Shown in pieces: positions 54,859 through 61,937 of a DNA stretch of 64,000 bases. Where the stretch lies: assembly GCA_002429045.1 (NCBI GenBank), contig DIYM01000017.1:5580-69579 (forward strand), in the 5' to 3' direction. Position 1 is the first letter of the stretch. Each line of letters starts with the position of its first letter. A model generated the notes under the pieces. It was not told where the DNA came from, did no database searches, and worked only from the letters and a program-made list of their open reading frames with translations. The position numbers were made by a program, and so were the translations under genes. The stretch is from Phycisphaerales bacterium UBA6054. Lineage in GTDB: Bacteria; Planctomycetota; Phycisphaerae; Phycisphaerales; UBA1924.

Positions 54859-55346
54859 GCATCCGCGTCACCATCAAGGCGAAACGCGCTGTCTTCCGGC
54901 GTGAAGCGGTCCTCCGTCGCGTCGAGCAGGCACGCGAACGGTCTTTCTACCGAATCGGTGGCTTGACGCGGACGATCGCTGCCAACTCAATGAGAAGGCG
55001 TAAAAACGTCTCCGACCCCGGAACCGCCCCCACCCGTCGAAGCGGCGAACTCAAACGCCTCATGGCCTTTGACTATGACCGCCGAACGGAGAGCGTGGTG
55101 ATCGGGCCGATCGAGTTCGCGAACTCGGGCGTGCCCAATCTGATGGAGTATGGCGGTCGCAGGTTCGTCCGGAGCGCCCTGCTCCCGCGGAGGGGGGCAC
55201 CAAAGAAGCGACCTCTCCCGAAGGAAGACCTCAGGCGCTACACCGGTTCGATCCGGTATCGGCCGCGCCCGTCCGTGCGGCCTGCACTCGTCAAGACCCG
55301 CGATCGCATCCCGGGTTCGTTCGCCAAAGCAATGGCAAGGAGTTGA
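54855..55346 (+). CDS. head-tail joining / tail-completion module protein (HK97 gp10-like position)
   Basis: GTGA overlap with the upstream gene. 163 aa. Position-based call. Confidence 0.4.
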   Translation: MSIRVTIKAKRAVFRREAVLRRVEQARERSFYRIGGLTRTIAANSMRRRKNVSDPGTAPTRRSGELKRLMAFDYDRRTESVVIGPIEFANSGVPNLMEYGGRRFVRSALLPRRGAPKKRPLPKEDLRRYTGSIRYRPRPSVRPALVKTRDRIPGSFAKAMARS

Positions 55347-55348
55347 TC

Positions 55349-55804
55349 ATGTCTGCACGACTCGGGTCGGAGGCTGTTCTTGGTTACAACACGACCGGCA
55401 TCGGCGCCGCAGGATCGGCCACCTACACCGTCGCCGACAACGCCCGCGACGTCACCTTCAACGCTTCTCGCGGCGAGGCCGATGTCAGCACGCGGGGCAC
55501 CCAGGGGTGGCGCGCCAAGATCCCAACGCTCCGCGAGGGCGAGTTGACGGTCGATCTGATATGGAATCCCGGCGACCCGTTCTTTGACGCGGTTCAGGAC
55601 TCCAATCTGAATGGGACCGTGTTGGGCATGGCGATTCTGGACGGCCCCATTGCCACCGGCAACGGGTTCGAGGCCGACATGGTGTGCCTCGGTTTCGAGT
55701 GGGGCCAACAGCTTGAAGAGGGGCAGCTCGTGAACGCGACCTTGTCGGTCACGCAGTCGGACAATCCGCCCCGCTTCGTGACAAACGGCGCCGGCGCCCC
55801 GTGA
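55349..55804 (+). CDS. major tail (tube) protein candidate
   Basis: AAGGAG lies 8 nt upstream of the ATG. About 150 aa and beta-rich. It sits immediately before the chaperone and tape-measure genes. Confidence 0.55.
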   Translation: MSARLGSEAVLGYNTTGIGAAGSATYTVADNARDVTFNASRGEADVSTRGTQGWRAKIPTLREGELTVDLIWNPGDPFFDAVQDSNLNGTVLGMAILDGPIATGNGFEADMVCLGFEWGQQLEEGQLVNATLSVTQSDNPPRFVTNGAGAP

Positions 55805-55850
55805 TCCTGAACGTGCGGGCAGATCACAGACACTCAAGAAAGGGGATCAG

Positions 55851-56333
55851 ATGTCGACCAAGTTCAAAGACAAGGAGGGGCGTGAGTGGGATCTCGAACT
55901 CAACGTCTCTGGCGTGCGGCGGGTACGTGACGAGTGCCAGGTCAACCTGTACGAAGCCCTCGACGGACAGCTTGTCCTGAAACTGTCGACGGACCCCGTT
56001 CTGATGGCTGACGTCCTGTGGGCGATCGTGGAGCCGCAGGCCGAGGGCGTCACGGCTGATCAGTTCGGGGAGGCCTTGCTCGGTGAGTGGTTCGACGGCG
56101 CCATTAAGGCCTTCATCGAGGGCCTTCAGGGTTTTTTCGCCCACCCTGGCCAGAGGAAGGCACTGGCCAAGATGATCGACAAAACCAACCAGGCGCTGGA
56201 CCACGTGTACAGCGTCGCGGTGACCCGGGCGGAGCAGGTGGATGCGATCGGGATCGTGGACGAAGCGGTCGCAGAGCAAGACCGCAGGACGCGGAGCGAC
56301 TCGTCTGGCGAGCCGCCGGCGTCTGCGGTGTAG
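55851..56333 (+). CDS. tail assembly chaperone candidate
   Basis: 160 aa, acidic. It sits between the tube and tape-measure genes. Confidence 0.5.
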   Translation: MSTKFKDKEGREWDLELNVSGVRRVRDECQVNLYEALDGQLVLKLSTDPVLMADVLWAIVEPQAEGVTADQFGEALLGEWFDGAIKAFIEGLQGFFAHPGQRKALAKMIDKTNQALDHVYSVAVTRAEQVDAIGIVDEAVAEQDRRTRSDSSGEPPASAV

Positions 56334-56368
56334 ACCCCGGCCCGTTTACGTTCGGGCAGCTCGCCGCG

Positions 56369-56566
56369 ATGCTCGAAGCCAAGGAGCGGTCGGAATGGTC
56401 GCGGATGTCGAACCTGTTGCACCTGGTCGCATCGGCGTTCGCTCCGAAGGGCAAGAAGTACAAGTTCGCGGACTTCGACCCGTTCGCGGAGCAGGACAGC
56501 AAGACCATCACACCCACGCAGCTCGGCGCGATGCTGGGCATCAAGGAAGGGGCAGGGAAGCCATGA
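56369..56566 (+). CDS. small ORF in the -1 frame after the chaperone (possible G/T-type extension or independent gene)
   Basis: The -1 frame is open well upstream of the ATG (…PFTFGQLAAMLEAKERSEW…). I did not find a canonical slippery heptamer. Confidence 0.3.
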   Translation: MLEAKERSEWSRMSNLLHLVASAFAPKGKKYKFADFDPFAEQDSKTITPTQLGAMLGIKEGAGKP

Positions 56567-57039
56567 AAGCGAGTTCAGCCGGTTGGTTCGTCGGGATGTT
56601 GATCGTCGTCGGGACGCTCGTCGCATGCGCGGGGATCGACTTCGGCGATGTCGTTCAGGCCAAGATCCCCGTTCAGGCACAACAGGATCTTGGGCTCCCA
56701 GCCCGGATGAGCTACAACGAGTCTCGGGAGGTGTACGAGGACTGGCGAGGGAACACCGTCACACTCGATGCCCGATGGCGCGAAAACAACGACGTCGCGG
56801 GCGAGTTTGCGGCGTTGCTGACCGGCTTCTCATTGCAGCAGATCGACGAGTACGGACCCATGCTCGGGGGCGTTCCTGTCGCCGGCCCCGCCTTGGTCGG
56901 GCTGTCGGGCTTGCTGTCGTTCTGGCTCGGCAGATCGAACCAGCGCCGCGAGAAGGAAGCCAGCTACGGCAAGGGCCGGAAGGACGCGCTCGAAGACGCC
57001 GCGAAGGCGTCATTGCTCGCCGGCCGGATCCAGACCTGA
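56563..57039 (+). CDS. membrane protein (159 aa) between chaperone and tape measure
   Basis: ATGA overlap with the upstream gene. N-terminal helix with lipobox-like LVAC, and a second TM helix (VAGPALVGLSGLLSFWL). Confidence 0.45.
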   Translation: MKASSAGWFVGMLIVVGTLVACAGIDFGDVVQAKIPVQAQQDLGLPARMSYNESREVYEDWRGNTVTLDARWRENNDVAGEFAALLTGFSLQQIDEYGPMLGGVPVAGPALVGLSGLLSFWLGRSNQRREKEASYGKGRKDALEDAAKASLLAGRIQT

Positions 57040-57042
57040 CCC

Positions 57043-58779
57043 ATGACCTCCGCCCGAAAGATCCGAGCCGGTCGCGCGTTCGTGGAGATCGGCGGCGACA
57101 GCAAGTCACTCGAACGTGTGCTGAAACGCGCCCAGCAGCGCCTAGCAACGTTTGGGAAGGGGTTGCTCAGGATCGGCGCCATCGGCACGGCCGCGGGCGC
57201 TGCATTCGCCCCGTTCGGTATCGCAGTCGTCAGAGCGGCGTCCGACGCAGAGGAAGCGCTCTCGCGCTTCCGAGCGGTGTTCAAGTCCGAGACCGAGGCC
57301 GCCGCGGCCTTCGCGGAAGAGCTGGCCAACCGCATCGGGCGATCGTCGCTCCAGATCAAAGACGCGCTGGGGATCTTCCAGTCCTTCTTCGTCGGTCTCG
57401 GCTTCGGCGGGCCGCAGTCGCGCCGGCTGTCCCAGGAACTCACATCTCTGGCCCTTGACTTCGCAAGCTTCAACAACATCGCTGACGATGAGGCGATCGG
57501 CCGTTTCATCTCTGCGCTCTCCGGATCGAGCGAGGTTCTGGACCGGTTCGGGATCAACATCAAACAGGCCGCCCTCCAGCAGCAGCTTCTCGCCGATGGT
57601 GTCAATAAGTCTTGGACCGAAGTGACCGAGCAGGAGAAGGCAATCGCCCGCCTCAACATCATCATGCGGGCGATGGGCGACCAGGGCAGCGTCGGCGATG
57701 CTACCCGCACAGCCGGGTCGTTCGCCAACGTGATGAAGCGGCTGCGGGGCGAGATTCGCACCACCGCAGTCGCGATCGGCCAGTCCCTCGTCCCCATACT
57801 GAAACCGGTCGTCGCGGGCATCGGCGGTGTCCTGGGCCTCGTGCGCCAATGGGCTGAACAGAACCAGGTTGTCATCGGCCGGCTGGTGTTGCTCGCCGCC
57901 GGGGCGACGGCGGCCGCCGCGAGTGTGATCGGCGCCGGACTCGCGGTGACGCTGCTCTCCGTCGCGTTCGGGGGGCTGGTCACCGCCGTCACCTTTGCCC
58001 AGGCCGTTCTAGCGCCAGTGTTGCTCACGATCGGCTCGTTCGCGGTCATCGGGATCGGGGTCGTCGCGGCCCTCGCTGGTATCAGCGCAGCGTTCGGGGG
58101 GCTCGGCAACGCGGCACTGGTGGCGGGCGGCATCGTCCGCGGGGCCTTCGCGACGATCGACCAGGACGTTGTGGTCGCCCTTCGCTCGATCGTCGCGAAC
58201 ATCGCCTCGGGCAACATCGAGGGCGCTTCTCGCGTCTTGTGGGCGACGATGAGGGTCATCTGGGCCGAGGGCGTCGAGTCAGTCCTTGGGATCATGCAAG
58301 GGCTGGTCCTGGGCTCGCTGGAGCTGATCGGCAAAGCCATCGTCGGCTTCCGACTCGCCTTGTCGAAGCTCCGCGGCGATTCGCTCGGCGACCAGCTCGG
58401 GGTCATCGCGGATGCCACCAAGGACGTTCAGGGGCTCACGCAGGGCATCCGTGTCCTGCTCGATGTGCTCAACCGCGAGACGACCGAGCGGACCGATCAG
58501 GCACGCGAGAACCTCAGGCGCCAGCTCGAACAAGCCAAACGAGAGCTGGAGTCCGGCGAGTTCGGTGGCGGCTTCAGCTTCGACTTCGGCGCCCTCGGCC
58601 GCCAGGTCCGCCAGCAGATCGAGACCGCGGGCGCGTTCGGCGGTCGCGTCATCGAACGCCAGTTCGGTGGGGAGTCCACCGCCCGCCAGCAGCTCGAAGA
58701 GGCCCGGAAGACATCGAAGAACACCGAGGACACGGCGGTCGCGCTCGGCGAACTCTCGGGCCGCCTTGTATTCGGGTAG
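57043..58779 (+). CDS. tail tape measure protein
   Basis: 578 aa. Helical N-terminus, a long Gly/Ala-rich multi-TM-like middle (…LLAAGATAAAASVIGAGLAVTLLSVAFGGLVTAV…) and a coiled C-terminus. Position agrees. Confidence 0.8.
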   Translation: MTSARKIRAGRAFVEIGGDSKSLERVLKRAQQRLATFGKGLLRIGAIGTAAGAAFAPFGIAVVRAASDAEEALSRFRAVFKSETEAAAAFAEELANRIGRSSLQIKDALGIFQSFFVGLGFGGPQSRRLSQELTSLALDFASFNNIADDEAIGRFISALSGSSEVLDRFGINIKQAALQQQLLADGVNKSWTEVTEQEKAIARLNIIMRAMGDQGSVGDATRTAGSFANVMKRLRGEIRTTAVAIGQSLVPILKPVVAGIGGVLGLVRQWAEQNQVVIGRLVLLAAGATAAAASVIGAGLAVTLLSVAFGGLVTAVTFAQAVLAPVLLTIGSFAVIGIGVVAALAGISAAFGGLGNAALVAGGIVRGAFATIDQDVVVALRSIVANIASGNIEGASRVLWATMRVIWAEGVESVLGIMQGLVLGSLELIGKAIVGFRLALSKLRGDSLGDQLGVIADATKDVQGLTQGIRVLLDVLNRETTERTDQARENLRRQLEQAKRELESGEFGGGFSFDFGALGRQVRQQIETAGAFGGRVIERQFGGESTARQQLEEARKTSKNTEDTAVALGELSGRLVFG

Positions 58780-58790
58780 GAGGCACAGCG

Positions 58791-59618
58791 ATGGCGATCT
58801 TCATCCGCGGCCCACTGCTCGGCTCGGGCGACGGCCAGTCCGGCGAGAACGCGCAGCGCAGCGCGCGCTACGTTGCGATCAGCGATGACGGCACGGACAA
58901 CGAGGTCGACGCAGAGATCGCCGTTTTCAACAGCGCCCCCGCAGACTGGGAGGGACAGGGGCTCGATAAAGTCAGCAGCTCCGTACGTTCCCTCGGGGAT
59001 TCGAAGTGGGAAGTCATCGTCCGCTACCGCCCCGCGACGAACCGCATCCCGCAGCGGCCCGCAGCGGGCGATCCAACGCGGTTCGGGTTCTCCACCCGTG
59101 GGGCGACGGAGAACGTCAAGTCATCGCTCCAGACCGTGACCAGCGTGAAAGAGCCTGGCCAGCCGGATAAGTCCTTCGGGAATCTCATCAATGTGCAGGG
59201 CGACAGCGCGAACGGCGTCGACATCGTCGTGGCCAGTTGGGTCGAGCCGATCACCAGGTACCTTTCCGACGCCGAGGTCGATGCGGCGTTCAGAGAGACG
59301 ATCTTCAACACCACGGGCAAGGTCAACGATGACCTCTGGCGCGACTTCGAGCCCGGCGAGGTGCTGTTCCGCGGTGCGGATGGGGAGCGTGACGCGACCA
59401 CGGGCGTTTGGGAGGTCTCTTACCTCTTCGAGATGCGTCCGAACCGAACTGGTGTTGTCGTGGGCGGTCTACCGGCGGTCGACATCAACGGTCACGACTA
59501 CTTCTGGGCACTCACCGCGCCGGCAGACACCGCCGGCGGGCTGGTGCTCAAGCCGACACACGGCTACGTCGAGCGGGTGTTGCCGCGAACCGCGTTCGCA
59601 CCGCTGGGGATCGCATGA
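58791..59618 (+). CDS. distal tail protein candidate
   Basis: 275 aa, first gene after the tape measure. Position-based call. Confidence 0.4.
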   Translation: MAIFIRGPLLGSGDGQSGENAQRSARYVAISDDGTDNEVDAEIAVFNSAPADWEGQGLDKVSSSVRSLGDSKWEVIVRYRPATNRIPQRPAAGDPTRFGFSTRGATENVKSSLQTVTSVKEPGQPDKSFGNLINVQGDSANGVDIVVASWVEPITRYLSDAEVDAAFRETIFNTTGKVNDDLWRDFEPGEVLFRGADGERDATTGVWEVSYLFEMRPNRTGVVVGGLPAVDINGHDYFWALTAPADTAGGLVLKPTHGYVERVLPRTAFAPLGIA

Positions 59619-60496
59619 GGCAGATCCCGACGCGAACCACCGGGGCGCCGCTGACGATCCGAGCGGTCGACTGGAACGCGATGGCGCGGCACATCAACGA
59701 GGCCAACCTCCCCGTCGGGGTCTCCGGCCCGGCGGGAGGATCGGGCCTGGCGCCGGGCGTGTTCTGGGTCAAGAACGCGACCGGCGGCGACCTTGCCCGC
59801 TTCCAGCCCGTCGCGCTCAGCTCGCCCATCGCCGATCCCGCCCAGGACGCCGCCGCGTTCTTCGAAAACCGCGGGTTCAGCGCCAACGCGATCGCCGGCG
59901 ACGACGCCCAGCCCGGACGCTTCGGGGTCTATATTGAATCCGTGCCCGACGGGGAGATCGGGCGGGCGGCGGTCTACGGCGTGCATGCGATCGAGATCGA
60001 CGGCACCAGCCCCGGCACCTTCGTGCGCACGGCCGGGTCGGCGCGACTCGAATCCATCGAGCAGGGGTTCGTGCCGATCATCTGGCGGGAGCCGGGTGCT
60101 GGCACGCGCCGGGCCCTGGTGCAGCTCGCCACGGCGCCCGAGGCCCTGACGATCGAGGCCGTCATCACGGGCAGCTCGCTGGTCGCCGGTGTCCCGAACC
60201 GCTGGCGCTACGAGTGGGAACAGGTGACCGCGGCCGGGCAGTTCCCCGCCGTGCTCGCCGGCGGCCGGAACCACACCGACGACGGCTACGCGTTCAACAC
60301 CCTGGAGTCGAACAACACCGCGTCGGGCGTTCAGGGGAACGGCGTCAACATCGACAACCTCCCCGGGACGATGGGCCTGGTGCCGATCGGCGTCGGGGCA
60401 TGGGTCCAGCTTCGGGGGCCGGTGTACGACGCGACCACCGACGCGAACGTCTGGCTCTTCCAGGCCGTGAACGCGATCGACGGTGACTGCGAATGA
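59615..60496 (+). CDS. tail tip/baseplate-hub-position protein
   Basis: ATGA overlap with the upstream gene. 293 aa. Position-based call. Confidence 0.4.
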   Translation: MRQIPTRTTGAPLTIRAVDWNAMARHINEANLPVGVSGPAGGSGLAPGVFWVKNATGGDLARFQPVALSSPIADPAQDAAAFFENRGFSANAIAGDDAQPGRFGVYIESVPDGEIGRAAVYGVHAIEIDGTSPGTFVRTAGSARLESIEQGFVPIIWREPGAGTRRALVQLATAPEALTIEAVITGSSLVAGVPNRWRYEWEQVTAAGQFPAVLAGGRNHTDDGYAFNTLESNNTASGVQGNGVNIDNLPGTMGLVPIGVGAWVQLRGPVYDATTDANVWLFQAVNAIDGDCE

Positions 60497-61485
60497 GCAA
60501 AAGGAAGTGCTGTTGCGGGCAGGGCGAAGAGCCGATCCGCGCGGACTGCGACGTCACCGGCTGCATCCGCGTGACGTTTTCGGGCATCTCGCCGATCCAG
60601 CAGTCGGACGGCTTCGCGACGGGCCAGGCCGGCGGAGATCCCGGGCTGTTCTGGATCACGGCCCTGGCGGGCGTGAACCGCACGTTCTACTTCGACTATC
60701 CGACGCTGACCCTTCCCACGCAGTTCTGCTCCGAGGGCTTCGTGCTGGCCCAGCAGAACACGCGGACTTGCGCGGATCCGGAGCGTGGTGCGTTCTTCTG
60801 GGGCCGCGGCATGCGAGTCCAGCTATCGCTCGTGTGCATCGCGAACAGGCTGCGCGTGGAACGCCTCCGGCTTCTCTTGGGCGGCCCAGGCGGCGCGGGC
60901 GCGCAGAACGATGCCGGCTGCCCCAGCAACCCACCCACCCAGACCGCCGGCGGGATCGCCTTCGAGTTCTGGCCCGATTTCCTCGGGCAGGCGTTTCCCA
61001 CCATCGGGTTCGGGACGACGGTCCAGAACCACAACGCGAGCATCTGGGCGCCGGACTGCAACCCTCTGGTAGCACGCGACGGGCTCGCCCTCAACGGCTC
61101 CGCCCGGGTCGAGATGTTCGCGGGCTCGTGCAGCCCCCCGACCGTCTACGCCGTCGCGGCCCGCTGCGGGGACCCGTCGACGCGGATCAGCGTCGACACC
61201 GCCACCAACCCGGGCGGGGTATCCCACTGCTATCAAGCCGGGGAGCTGTACGCGCTCACGGGCGACACGACGACGGACGCCCCGGTCGCGGTGACCTGGA
61301 CGGCGGACGAGTGCCCCAGCTCGGCCGCGTCGATCATCAACCGCGGCCGGACGTTCCACCAGGCCCAGCAGATCGGCGTCCAGGCGTCGCGGGGCTCCCG
61401 GGTGTCCTCGCACCCCGATCCGGCCGTGCGGGCCCACATGGAGGCCCAGGAGCGGCAGGCGGGTGGGCGCCCGTGCTGCGACTGA
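60493..61485 (+). CDS. cysteine-rich distal tail protein candidate
   Basis: ATGA overlap. 330 aa. Begins MSKRKCCCGQ and ends …GRPCCD, with about 10 further Cys. It is the last gene before attR. Confidence 0.4.
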   Translation: MSKRKCCCGQGEEPIRADCDVTGCIRVTFSGISPIQQSDGFATGQAGGDPGLFWITALAGVNRTFYFDYPTLTLPTQFCSEGFVLAQQNTRTCADPERGAFFWGRGMRVQLSLVCIANRLRVERLRLLLGGPGGAGAQNDAGCPSNPPTQTAGGIAFEFWPDFLGQAFPTIGFGTTVQNHNASIWAPDCNPLVARDGLALNGSARVEMFAGSCSPPTVYAVAARCGDPSTRISVDTATNPGGVSHCYQAGELYALTGDTTTDAPVAVTWTADECPSSAASIINRGRTFHQAQQIGVQASRGSRVSSHPDPAVRAHMEAQERQAGGRPCCD

Positions 61486-61544
61486 TCACGCGCATACCAG
61501 GGGCATATCTGGGCACGCTTTTTTCACCATGATTTGGGGGGGTC

Positions 61545-61567
61545 GCGTCAGCTATCTAAGCTGACGC
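61545..61567 (+). other. hairpin copying the att-core/anticodon arm (GCGTCAGCT-ATCTA-AGCTGACGC)
   Basis: Perfect 9-bp stem. Its arms CGTCAGCT and AAGCTGA equal the first 8 nt and a later 7 nt of the 54-bp att repeat. It lies exactly 100 nt upstream of attR. Confidence 0.6.
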
Positions 61568-61644
61568 AACCGAGGTCTATCGGATCCGGCCCGTTTTTGA
61601 CCGTGGTCTATGAATCGACCGGGCGAGCTCTAGCTCCGCGCCCG

Positions 61645-61698
61645 CGTCAGCTTCCCAAGCTGAATGTCGTCGGTTCGATCCCGATCACCCGCTTTCGG
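61645..61698 (+). repeat. attR: 54-bp direct repeat (displaced tRNA-Gly 3' fragment)
   Basis: Identical to 37948-38001. No tRNA 5' half lies upstream. Confidence 0.9.
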
Positions 61699-61937
61699 AA
61701 TCAAGCCTTCACGGGCCCGCTGATCCAAGCACGACATCGTCGGCACGACGCGGCGACTCCCCCGGTGTGCATTTGATCCCAAAGGGTGCAGGATGCAGCT
61801 TCTGCGGTGCCCGAAGCCGCTTCGAGCCGCCTCCGCTCGGTGCCCTGCCTCGGCGACCAGCCGCCAGGCAAACCAACCCCACGCAACAAGTTGACGCGGG
61901 GGTGCAATCGGTCTTGCGCAAGAGCGTTACGCCCGGC

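Larger units (their letters stand above)
37948..61698 (+). mobile_element. integrated siphovirus-like prophage (about 23.7 kb) in tRNA-Gly(CCC)
   Basis: Bounded by perfect 54-bp direct repeats. Contains integrase, Dam, iteron-bearing wHTH gene, terminase, portal, protease-capsid, tail tube, chaperone, tape measure and distal tail genes. All called genes are on the + strand. Confidence 0.85.

Noticed and set aside
56160-56340. Canonical -1 programmed frameshift site for a G/G-T tail chaperone pair
   Set aside because: The -1 frame is open, as is common in high-GC DNA, but I found no X_XXY_YYZ slippery heptamer by eye near the end of ORF 55851-56333. The frameshift is left as an open question, not a call.
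56964-58421. 485-aa minus-strand ORF opposite the tape measure gene
   Set aside because: It is a Ser/Ala/Pro-rich antisense shadow of a typical tape measure ORF that fits the gene order.
61534-61640. Possible extra tRNA or tRNA-like gene around the GCGTCAGCT…AGCTGACGC hairpin
   Set aside because: Only an anticodon-arm-like hairpin is present. No acceptor stem, D-arm or GTTCGAATC-type T-arm could be folded around it.
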